Below are positions 1 through 8,466 of a stretch of DNA of 64,000 nt, one piece after another. Position 1 is the stretch's first letter, and each line of letters starts with the position of its first letter. A program made the translations under genes and the position numbers. Below the pieces are notes generated by a model that was given only the letters and a program-made list of their open reading frames with translations, searched no databases and was not told the origin of the DNA. This DNA is from Methanotrichaceae archaeon (GTDB taxonomy: Archaea; Halobacteriota; Methanosarcinia; Methanotrichales; Methanotrichaceae): positions 1-64,000 of the forward strand of contig CAWEXU010000009.1 of assembly GCA_963813075.1 (NCBI GenBank). Reading direction: 5' to 3'.

Positions 1-475
1 GGGCTTCTAGCGTCTTTTCCATATTCTTCCAGTGGCCTCCCCGCCAGTAGAGCTTCTGGCAATTAGGGCATATCCACATCTCTCCCTCCCGCCCCTTAGC
101 CTCTAAGAGGGTGTGGTTGCACAATGTACACCTTTGGGGATCTATCTTGAGAACGATTCCCATTTGGGCCATCTCCAGGATCTGTTCAGAGATCCGGGAC
201 GGGTGGATGAGAATGCCCTCCACCCCGGCAGCAGAGCAGGCAGAAAATAGCCTCTTGTCTCTGGTGATCAGGACCCTATTCTCCCTTTTTGCCTGGACCA
301 GGAGCGACTTGTCGCTGTCATTCTCGGGATTGGCCACATCCTGGCCCATGAGCCGAAGCCACCTCCCCAGGCGGAGGAGCATGAGGTCGACCAGAAAGCC
401 TCTCTTTTGAGGACCTTCTGCCGGCGGCCCATCGTCTCCCAGTCTCTCTTCCGGTACTCTCTCTTTAGGCGGCAT
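1..475 (-). CDS. Mut7-C RNase domain protein (PIN-like plus Zn ribbon); 3' end runs off the window
   Basis: Manual translation from ATG 475 (absent from the ORF track): FLVDLMLLRLGRWLRLMGQD...VLITRDKRL...RCTLCN...CPNCQKLYWRGGHW. Confidence 0.85.
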   Translation of the reverse strand, partial: MPPKERVPEERLGDDGPPAEGPQKRGFLVDLMLLRLGRWLRLMGQDVANPENDSDKSLLVQAKRENRVLITRDKRLFSACSAAGVEGILIHPSRISEQILEMAQMGIVLKIDPQRCTLCNHTLLEAKGREGEMWICPNCQKLYWRGGHWKNMEKTLEA

Positions 476-587
476 CTTATCCGGCAGTCTCTTCCCCTCG
501 TTTTTTCTTTATCTATTCCACATCTCTTCCATAATCTCTCCATCACGATCCGCAACTATTTATCAATTGATCTCGATCCTCCCATTT

Positions 588-2552
588 ATGAAGAAGGCGA
601 TGAGCAACGTGGACGTGGCGGCGATGGTCAAGGAGCTTCAAGATCGGATCCTGGGGGGATTCATGGGCAAGGCCTACCAGCAATCCTCAGACAGGATCTG
701 GCTTGCGGTTCAGTCCCCTGCCGAGGGCCGGCTCGACCTCCTCCTGGAAGCGGGCAGAAGGGTCCATATCACCAAGGCCGAGCGCCCGGCCAGCAAGACC
801 CCGCCCCAGTTCCCCACCATGCTCAGAAGCCACCTCTCCGGAGGCCGGATCGTCGATATCCGGCAGCACCAGTTCGACCGGGTGCTGGAGATCAAGGTGG
901 AGAGAAGTGGCGTCCCCCGCTACCTCATAGTTGAGCTCTTTCCCAAGGGGAGCATGATCCTGCTCGATGAATCCAGAAACATCCTCAGCATGCTCAGAAA
1001 GATGCTCTACCGGGGCAGCAAGATGGCCGCCGGGGAGCCCTACCTCTACCACCCCGGCCAGCTCGATCCAAGGACCATAACCCGAGATGAGCTTGCCCTC
1101 TGGCTGGCCTCCAGCGGCCAGGACCTGGTGAGATCTTTAGTGCGCGGTCTGAACATGGGCGGGACCTACGGTGAGGAGGTCTGCCTGGTGGCGGGAGTGG
1201 ACAAGAACAAGGAGGCCATCGACCTGGATGCCGAAAAGATCGATAGGGTGCATCAGGCTCTAAGAGAGGTCTTCCTGAATGACACCCTCGATCCTCATCT
1301 CGTCATCGATAAAGGGGATCCCATTGGGGTCCCCATAGATGTCCTGCCCCGCCCTCTGAAGCTCTATTCCGGTCTGGAGAAAAAGTGCTTTGCCACCTTC
1401 AGCGAGGCCCTGGATGCCTTCTTTGTGGAAAGGGAGAAAGAGACTGCCCGGCAGAATCCACTGGAGCACAGGATAGAGCTGCAGAAAAAGGCCATTGAGG
1501 AATTCAGGGACCAGGAGGCAGAACTGGTTGGAAAGGGCGAGTTGATCTACCAGCTCTACGGCAACGTCGAGCAGATACTCACTCTGATGAATGATGCTCG
1601 GGCGCGGGGCTTTTCCTATAACCAGATCTGGGAGAAGATCAGCGGCTCGGGCCTTCCCCAGGCGAAGACGATTCTCTCTTTGGACGGTAGAGGTGAGATG
1701 CGGGTCTTGCTGGAGGGAGAGGAGCTGGAGCTGAACGCCGGCCTGACCGTTCCCCAGAATGCCCAGAGGTACTATGATAAGGCCAAGGAGATGGTCCGCA
1801 AGGCCCGGGGTGCGGAAAGCGCTCTGGCCATAACCGAGGAGCTGAAAGCGGGAAAGGCTGCTCCCAAGAAGACCCGCGCCGTTTCATCATACTACCGGAG
1901 GAGGAAGCCCAAGTGGTATGAGAGGTTCCGCTGGTTTTACTCCTCCGACGGTTTCCTGGTCTTAGGGGGAAGGGATGCGGATAGCAATGAGGAGATTTAT
2001 ACCAAATACCTGGAGAGAAGGGATCTGGCAATGCACACCGATGCCCCCGGCGCTCCTCTGACTGTGATAAAGACCGAGGGCAAAGAGGTGCCGGAGAGCA
2101 CTCTCCAGGAGGCGGCCGGGTTTGCGGTGAGCTACTCCTCCCTCTGGAAGAGCGGGCTTGCTGCTGCAGACTGCTATCTGGTTAAGGGAGACCAGGTGAG
2201 CAAGACCCCGGAGCCGGGAGAGTTCCTGAAGAAGGGCGGCTTTGTCATCCGGGGAGAACGCAGGTACTTCCGGGACATACCACTGGGAATAGCCCTGGGG
2301 ATAAGAGATGGAACACTCATCGGCGGTCCCGTGTCGGCGACAAAGCCCGGGTCGGACCCGGTGGTGGAGATCGAGCCGGGAGAGCTAAACGCGGACGACC
2401 TGGCGAAGAGGATCTACCGGCAGTTCTCGGAGAAGATAGAGGATAGAGCTTTCTTGAAGTCCATAGCATCTGTGGATCAGATCGTCCAGTTCCTGCCGCC
2501 GGGAAATTCCAGAGTCAACTACCCCACCCTAAAGGATGGGGCTTGTAGCTAG
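588..2552 (+). CDS. rqc2: Ribosome quality control factor Rqc2/RqcH (NFACT/FbpA family); last 12 codons come from the IS end
   Basis: MSNVDV N-terminus, QFDRVL, NAQRYYDKAK, WYERFRWF, GGRDADSNE, VSKTPEPGEFLKKGGFVIRGER motifs. Confidence 0.93.
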   Translation: MKKAMSNVDVAAMVKELQDRILGGFMGKAYQQSSDRIWLAVQSPAEGRLDLLLEAGRRVHITKAERPASKTPPQFPTMLRSHLSGGRIVDIRQHQFDRVLEIKVERSGVPRYLIVELFPKGSMILLDESRNILSMLRKMLYRGSKMAAGEPYLYHPGQLDPRTITRDELALWLASSGQDLVRSLVRGLNMGGTYGEEVCLVAGVDKNKEAIDLDAEKIDRVHQALREVFLNDTLDPHLVIDKGDPIGVPIDVLPRPLKLYSGLEKKCFATFSEALDAFFVEREKETARQNPLEHRIELQKKAIEEFRDQEAELVGKGELIYQLYGNVEQILTLMNDARARGFSYNQIWEKISGSGLPQAKTILSLDGRGEMRVLLEGEELELNAGLTVPQNAQRYYDKAKEMVRKARGAESALAITEELKAGKAAPKKTRAVSSYYRRRKPKWYERFRWFYSSDGFLVLGGRDADSNEEIYTKYLERRDLAMHTDAPGAPLTVIKTEGKEVPESTLQEAAGFAVSYSSLWKSGLAAADCYLVKGDQVSKTPEPGEFLKKGGFVIRGERRYFRDIPLGIALGIRDGTLIGGPVSATKPGSDPVVEIEPGELNADDLAKRIYRQFSEKIEDRAFLKSIASVDQIVQFLPPGNSRVNYPTLKDGACS

Positions 2553-3736
2553 TGGTTAGTTAGCCTGCTACGATTGGCGGGTTGACAGGCAGCCTGCTAC
2601 GGTCAGCTCTACTGAAGGTAGCGATGTTCCTGGATGCGTTCAAGTCTGCATCGATCTGGAAGCCACAGCTTTTGCATTTGAAGGTCCTACCATTACGGTT
2701 TTCCTTCTTTTGAAATCCACATTTGGAGCATGTGCGAGAAGTATATCTTGGGTCTATGGCAACTACCTTCTTTCCGATAGCGCCCGCTTTGTATTCTATG
2801 ATGCTTCGTAGTTCTGCAAAGCTCCATTTTCCAAGTTTCTTATTCTTCTTGCCGTTCCTGATGTGGGTTAGATCTTCCAGAGCGATTACGTCATATGGTT
2901 TAGATAGTATCCAGTTTGCGATTTGATGGTTCACGTCCTTCTGAAACCGTCTCTCTCGACCAGAAAGCTCTTGAAGCTTTCTTTTAGCTGATCGAGTGCC
3001 TTTGGACTGAAGTTTGGATCTCAAATATTGATATTTGCCTTTCACAGCTTTAACTGGTCCAGATTGCCAGAACGTATTATCGCTACATACTGCTATGTTA
3101 TTGATCCCAAGATCTACGCCGATCCTCTTATCTCCAACAAGTGTTTCTGGATCGGGTTGCTCTACTTGAACATTGAGGTAGCAAGCATTCTTAGTTATCT
3201 TGAGTTGAGCATTCATGACTTTCCATGTAGCGTATTTCTGGTAATAGTCTGCTAACTGGAAGTCATATCGTAGTCTCCCAAAAATGGTTGTGAGCTTGCA
3301 GTATCCCGATTCCAAGAATACCTTCATGGTCCTAACGTCGAATCGAACTGCTCCGAAAGGATGCTTGAAAGGCTTAGTCTCGAATTTGAGCCTCTTGAGC
3401 ATGTCGCTGGCTTGATCCCTTGCTGTTTGGATGAGGGCGGAAGGCAATGTAGAATACTTTTCTCGGAGGTCTTTGTATGTAGCTTTGTTAAGTCTGGTCT
3501 TGTTGTAATCATGTGCCGCAAAGCCGTAGTCTATGACATCCTGGCAGGCGGCGTTCCAAAGCCGAGCTGTTTGGATGAGTTCATTTGATCGATCTAGCTT
3601 TATTTTGATGGTGCGGTACATGTTAATGGGTAGTTAATAATTTTATTAAATTTATAGTTTTTGGTGGTTATGCAAGGGGCACGATTCATCCCCACCCTGA
3701 AGGGCTGGGGTCTTCTCTACCCCTTGACCCCACGAG
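2514..3736 (-). mobile_element. Non-autonomous IS200/IS605 element (IS1341-like, tnpB only)
   Basis: Similar subterminal hairpins at ~2520-2542 and ~3687-3713. Right end ...GTAGTTGAC at 2514; TTTAT just outside the left end. Removal restores the rqc2 C-terminus. Confidence 0.9.
2560..3621 (-). CDS. tnpB: RNA-guided endonuclease TnpB
   Basis: RuvC motifs GVDLG, ALEDL, DADLNASRNI; Zn finger CSKCG/CKSCG. Confidence 0.95.
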   Translation of the reverse strand: MYRTIKIKLDRSNELIQTARLWNAACQDVIDYGFAAHDYNKTRLNKATYKDLREKYSTLPSALIQTARDQASDMLKRLKFETKPFKHPFGAVRFDVRTMKVFLESGYCKLTTIFGRLRYDFQLADYYQKYATWKVMNAQLKITKNACYLNVQVEQPDPETLVGDKRIGVDLGINNIAVCSDNTFWQSGPVKAVKGKYQYLRSKLQSKGTRSAKRKLQELSGRERRFQKDVNHQIANWILSKPYDVIALEDLTHIRNGKKNKKLGKWSFAELRSIIEYKAGAIGKKVVAIDPRYTSRTCSKCGFQKKENRNGRTFKCKSCGFQIDADLNASRNIATFSRADRSRLPVNPPIVAG

Positions 3737-3787
3737 ATAAAAAGTGACAGAAGCCAGTGATCATAACAACAGATATGCCCAGACCCC

Positions 3788-4342
3788 CTATCTCCTCGCC
3801 ATCCGGCTGATTCTGTCCCAACCCGTGCCCCCCGATCGGAGGGGGTGGTCGAGCACCACATCGATGAATCCGAAGATGACGGGAGCATAGACCGCATAGA
3901 AGTCGCGGGCAAAGGACATGGCCTCCTCCAGGTCCTGAAAATGGCGGGTCTCCATCGACTCACCCGTGCCTGCGATCTCCGTGCTCCTGATAACGCTATC
4001 CGCCACGAAGCCGGAGAATCCGCATGAGGCCTTGGGAGGCTGGACAGCATCTATGTTCACCGGCACCCCGCCATAGGACTCATAGGCGAAGCGGATCTGC
4101 TCGTCTCTTGTCTCCAGGCCCTCGGACCTCGCTTCCTCCAGGATTTCCTCGTCCAGGCACTCCGGCTGGGGGAGCAGACTGGCATCAATGACGAAGGAAA
4201 ATCCACTATCATCCCCCTCATCCAGATCCACTGCCTCCAATACCAGGCCAAGCTTCACCGGCTTTCCGTGGCCAAAGCTGCACTGCCAGCGATCGCTCTC
4301 TACGTAAATCTGGCTCTCAGATAGCGGCAGGATGTTCAGCAT
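3788..4342 (-). CDS. Hypothetical protein
   Basis: 184-aa acidic ORF with AT-rich promoter-like upstream sequence; no family recognised. Confidence 0.65.
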   Translation of the reverse strand: MLNILPLSESQIYVESDRWQCSFGHGKPVKLGLVLEAVDLDEGDDSGFSFVIDASLLPQPECLDEEILEEARSEGLETRDEQIRFAYESYGGVPVNIDAVQPPKASCGFSGFVADSVIRSTEIAGTGESMETRHFQDLEEAMSFARDFYAVYAPVIFGFIDVVLDHPLRSGGTGWDRISRMARR

Positions 4343-4590
4343 CGGGTGAAATATAATAACCTAAACATTTATAGACTTTTCTATTGGACTGCGTTCTGTG
4401 CTGCTCTGTTTTGCCGTGTTCGACCACATGATGTCTTCCCTCTCATATAATGAACCCTGGCCAGCGCAAAATTAATGAAATACATCGACTACGTCAGACA
4501 ACGTTAAAAAATATGGCAAACCGCGGGTGACAGTGAAGCCATTCCCGATTGTATCCGCTCACTGCCTAAATTCGATCTAATAAAATCCCA

Positions 4591-5493
4591 TTGCATGAGG
4601 ACGATGAAATGAAATTTGAGAGGTCGAAGCAATTGGAGGATAAGCAAAGAATGTGCCGATGTACCGGTCTTTTCCTTGTCCTGGCAGCACTTGCCTGTCT
4701 GTGCATATCTGCATCGGCCAGTACCATGGAAGGAGATGCAGATCACTGGATCAAAGAGGGATACAAGCAGATATGGAAGGGCTCGTTCGCTCAGGCCAAT
4801 GAGAGCTTCCAGAAGGCCCTCCAGATCTACGAACAGGCGATAGCCGCGAGTCCTGAAGACCTCAATGCCACTTTAAATGCCACAAATAAGAAGGTCCTCC
4901 TTCTGGTGAAGCTGGAGAGGTTTGATGAGGCCATAATGACTCTGGACAGTACCATAGAGAGCAACCCAGAGAATCCTGAGGCCTGGAAGATCAAGGGCTT
5001 TTCCCTTATCAACATAGCAGAGAAAAGCATAGCAAAAAGCAGTGAAGCAGAAAACAGCACCGTAGGGAGCGGTACGGCTGAATTGGATGGCATTTACAAT
5101 CAGTCTCTACAGGCGTTCCAGCGGGCTCTGGATCTCGATCCGGATGACGCTGAAGCCTGGCGGGGAAAAGCCCTCGCCCATCTCGGCCTGGGCGAACGGG
5201 ATGAGGCCAAGACAGCCCTGGACAGAGCAATCGAGATCGATCCCAGATCGGCTCTGGCCTGGCTGGACAGGGGCATCCTCCTGCTGGAGATGGGAAGAGC
5301 AGAGGAGGCGATAGGCGCCCTGGACAGAGCGCTGGCAATACAGCCCGATAACCTCGATGCTCTGAGCACAAAGGCGGAGGCCCTCACCATTTTGGGCAGA
5401 TATCAGGAGGCGGAAGCGGCCTTCGACCAGGCCATGGACATGAACTCCGGAAGGTATGAGACGGGAGATTCTGCTGTCGATTGGCTTTTATAG
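4591..5493 (+). CDS. Secreted tetratricopeptide repeat protein (true start probably 4609 or 4651; possibly truncated at the C-terminus)
   Basis: Hydrophobic signal and repeated TPR units (AW..KG..L..LGR..EA..AFD.A). Confidence 0.85.
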   Translation: MHEDDEMKFERSKQLEDKQRMCRCTGLFLVLAALACLCISASASTMEGDADHWIKEGYKQIWKGSFAQANESFQKALQIYEQAIAASPEDLNATLNATNKKVLLLVKLERFDEAIMTLDSTIESNPENPEAWKIKGFSLINIAEKSIAKSSEAENSTVGSGTAELDGIYNQSLQAFQRALDLDPDDAEAWRGKALAHLGLGERDEAKTALDRAIEIDPRSALAWLDRGILLLEMGRAEEAIGALDRALAIQPDNLDALSTKAEALTILGRYQEAEAAFDQAMDMNSGRYETGDSAVDWLL

Positions 5494-5547
5494 ATCTGCA
5501 CTTCTTCAAATGACTGTGACCACTCCCACCAATAAATTGGCAGGCAT

Positions 5548-6648
5548 CTAGGCTTTCGCCACAGACTGTAGCCCCAGTCTGAGAATGTTTATAGCGGCGT
5601 TATGGTCCCTATCCAGAGTCAGACCACAGAAAGGACAACTATGGACTCTTTCTGATAGATCTTTTTGAACCACTTTACCGCAACCAGAGCATATTTGAGA
5701 TGTGTTTTTGGGATTCACTAGTTCGACACGTTTACCGGCCCATTCTGCCTTGTAAGATGTGGTAGTTATTAGTTTGCTCCAAGCAGCATCCGATATATGC
5801 TTTGCAAGACAATGATTCTTGACCATGCCCTTGATATTCAAGTCTTCGAAGGCTATAAAGTCATAGGATTTAACCAGGGATATGGAGAGCTTTTGAACAA
5901 AATCATCCCTCTTGTTGGTAATTCTTTCATGAACCCTATGAACCACTTTTAAGGCTCTAGCCCTTTCCGGTGTTCCTTTTTCTGCATTTGATAGCTTTCT
6001 TTGAGCCTTTGCCAGAGCATTTTCTTCATGAACAAAAAATCTTGGATTATCTACCTGCTCGCCATTTGATAGGGTGATGAAGTTTTTCAAACCCACATCA
6101 ACGCCTATTGATAATCCGGTATTCGGAAGAGGTTCATCCGGATCAACTTCAACCAGGAAGGATACAAACCATTTTCCGGTAGGCATTATTCTGATATTAA
6201 GCCTCTGGATTTCTCCATCTACAGCTCTATGAAGCTTGATCTTGATATCTCCGATCTTGGATAACCATAGTTTGCCGGGCTTCAGGGAAAAGCCTGATTG
6301 AGTATAGGTGAAGCTATCGTACCTGCCATAGCCCTTGAACCTGGGATATCCCGGGTTTTCTCCTGCCTCGACTCTTCGGAAGAAGGCTTGATAGGCCAAA
6401 TCAACTCTTTTGACGACTTCCTGTAGAACCTGAGAATGGACTTCTTTCAATTCGAGCTTTTCTTCTTTCCATCCTGGCAAAAGCTTCTTGGTATCGTAAT
6501 AGGAGAGAGATTTGCCTTCTTGCTCGTAAGCGTTCTTCCTGATGGCTAGTACTTCGTTATAGGTCCATCTGCAAAGCTCCAAGGTGTCAGCCATCTTGGT
6601 TCTCTGAGATTTTGTAGGATAGATCCTATAGCGAAGCACTTTCAGCAA
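5548..6648 (-). CDS. tnpB: RNA-guided endonuclease TnpB
   Basis: N-terminal YRIYPT, GYPRFK; RuvC motifs GVDVG, AFEDL, DRDHNAAINI; Zn finger CSGCG/CPFCG. Confidence 0.96.
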   Translation of the reverse strand: MLKVLRYRIYPTKSQRTKMADTLELCRWTYNEVLAIRKNAYEQEGKSLSYYDTKKLLPGWKEEKLELKEVHSQVLQEVVKRVDLAYQAFFRRVEAGENPGYPRFKGYGRYDSFTYTQSGFSLKPGKLWLSKIGDIKIKLHRAVDGEIQRLNIRIMPTGKWFVSFLVEVDPDEPLPNTGLSIGVDVGLKNFITLSNGEQVDNPRFFVHEENALAKAQRKLSNAEKGTPERARALKVVHRVHERITNKRDDFVQKLSISLVKSYDFIAFEDLNIKGMVKNHCLAKHISDAAWSKLITTTSYKAEWAGKRVELVNPKNTSQICSGCGKVVQKDLSERVHSCPFCGLTLDRDHNAAINILRLGLQSVAKA

Positions 6649-6649
6649 A

Positions 6650-7060
6650 TCACTTCACCTTTTGCATCTCTACATATCGTTCTATTACATCCTTGGTAGC
6701 ATCTCCACAAGTGCCAACATAGTAAGATGGATTCCAAAGATGGCCATTCCAAAGCTGATCTCTTAGTTCAGGATGCGTTTCAAAGAGCTTCTTTGCCGTA
6801 ATGCCTTTGAAGATCTTGGCAATGTTAGCAGGAGCAAATATAGGATGAGCTGTCATGAAGAGGTGAACATGATCCGGCAGGATCTCCTGATTGATCAATG
6901 TAATTCCCTTCTGCTTTGCTATCAATTCATGCAACCAATGAAGGTCTTCGGCGATTGAACCAATAAGAACCTTCCTTCGATACTTTGTTGACCATACAAA
7001 GTGGTAATACACGTTATAGACGCATCCTCTTGCGCTTATCCAATGCTCTTGCTTAGTCAT
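6650..7060 (-). CDS. tnpA: IS200/IS605 Y1 HUH transposase TnpA
   Basis: [14 protein letters not shown] motif [17 protein letters not shown], catalytic YxxxQ (YVEMQ). Confidence 0.95.
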   Translation of the reverse strand: MTKQEHWISARGCVYNVYYHFVWSTKYRRKVLIGSIAEDLHWLHELIAKQKGITLINQEILPDHVHLFMTAHPIFAPANIAKIFKGITAKKLFETHPELRDQLWNGHLWNPSYYVGTCGDATKDVIERYVEMQKVK

Positions 7061-7726
7061 TCTGAATTACACATATGGTTACCATATGTATATATACCTA
7101 TCGATAGGCACGGGCTGTATCCCGCCTTTGAAAAAGCGGGGATTAGCCCTGAGTTCGTCCTAAACGATTTTGGCGTGAAGCTGGTTAATGGAGCAATGGA
7201 AGTCGCAGCATCCAAAGACGACTTCCCTTTACGCAAGCATAACCTTATTCAAGCTATGCTGGCGATAAATGATCTATTTTATCTGGCTTCGCCAATGGTA
7301 TCGAGCCTATTTCTAGAGGATGTCGTTGCATGGCTGGATGAAAATGAGATCCGCTATACTCCAAGTGTGAAATTTACGGGTAAAAGCGGCTACGACCACC
7401 TATTCGACTTTGTGATCCCCAAGTCAAAGAAGCGACCGGAAAGGATTCTCCAGGCGATAAACCGCCCGAGCAGGGATGAGGCAGGGGCAACGGCTTTTGC
7501 TCGGGATCGATACCAGAGAAGTGCGGGCCTCTGACTCCAGAGCTTATGCCCTGCTCAATGATTCGGAAAGAGGGGTTCCGCCTTCTGTTATGGATGCACT
7601 GCAAAGCTATGATGTCTTACCAATCCCGTGGAGCAAGAGACAGAATGTGGTGGAGGAGCTGACAGCATGAGGTTTGGACCAGGATTGATCTGAGGATTTG
7701 GGAGGCCGCTTCTTGCTCTACATTTA

Positions 7727-7984
7727 TCACAATTTTTTGACATGGGATAATTTAACCAAAAATGAGCGTCCTGCTGGCGTTGCCTCGTAGGTATTACCAT
7801 CTTGTTTTAAAAATTTGTGGGCAATAAGCCAGCTGAGGTATTCGTTGACCTTGATGAAACTGAGGTTAGAGCCGTATGTTATCTCGGTCTTCTTGGCTCG
7901 CCTTTTATTGCATATCGCAAGAATATCCTTGAGTATATCCAGCTTATCGCGGCGTATAGGACAATCCCTCCAATCGTGAAACAA
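7727..7984 (-). CDS. Small archaeal winged-helix transcription regulator
   Basis: RRDKLDILKDIL...KKTEITYGSNLSF...YL..L...YEATPAG pattern. Confidence 0.8.
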   Translation of the reverse strand: MFHDWRDCPIRRDKLDILKDILAICNKRRAKKTEITYGSNLSFIKVNEYLSWLIAHKFLKQDGNTYEATPAGRSFLVKLSHVKKL

Positions 7985-8466
7985 TTAATAATATCCAAAT
8001 GTTAAAAGGTACAAATAAATTTCGGAAAAATCATTATATTTAATTTTATAATTATTTTATCTAATATTTAGATTTTTCCTGAATCACAATTTTTGCATAA
8101 CCAGAATATTCAGCTTCTTTTAAGGCAGCAGATCCATATCGAAGCTCTTGTGCGCGAGGAAATTTGGTGTGAATAAAACTTCCCATCCAGTCCCGCGCGG
8201 AAAAGGAAGCGTCTGAGCATAACGAAAATATCTTTTTCATGGGCAAAGACAAAATTGAATATGCCAGTCATAAGTATTCAAAATACTGAGATCAACACCA
8301 TTCAGGTCTTTGGTTTCTTATCATAAATAAGTACTTTAGGTCCTGAATGACGTTTCTTCATACCTGCCCTTATGATTCAAAATTAAGTTTCGCTTAAATA
8401 CTAAACAGACCAATTGCAATTTAATGATTAAGTCAAGGCCAGTGGCCTGAACTTTGGTGATGCTAT

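Larger units (their letters stand above)
5516..7159 (-). mobile_element. IS200/IS605 family element carrying tnpA and tnpB
   Basis: Left-end hairpin ~7112-7149; right-end hairpin ending ...GGTCAC at 5516; TTTAG just outside the left end. Removal restores the reading frame of the interrupted gene. Confidence 0.9.
5492..7670 (+). pseudogene. DUF1829-type protein remnant: 5'-truncated, IS-interrupted, frameshifted near 7500
   Basis: Joining 5492-5515 to 7160 onward gives RSALLQMT|LNDFGVK...[17 protein letters not shown]...[18 protein letters not shown]; continues IDTREVR...YALLNDSE in the next frame. Confidence 0.8.

Noticed and set aside
407..934. Alternative-frame and antisense ORFs here and elsewhere (e.g. 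33646-34587, 50965-51747, 59440-60201)
   Set aside because: They overlap confidently identified genes and carry no motifs, so they are treated as shadow ORFs.
2514..2550. IscB/HEARO-type RNA 5' end
   Set aside because: It is the reverse complement of the tnpB element's right end; no HNH/IscB ORF follows on the + strand.
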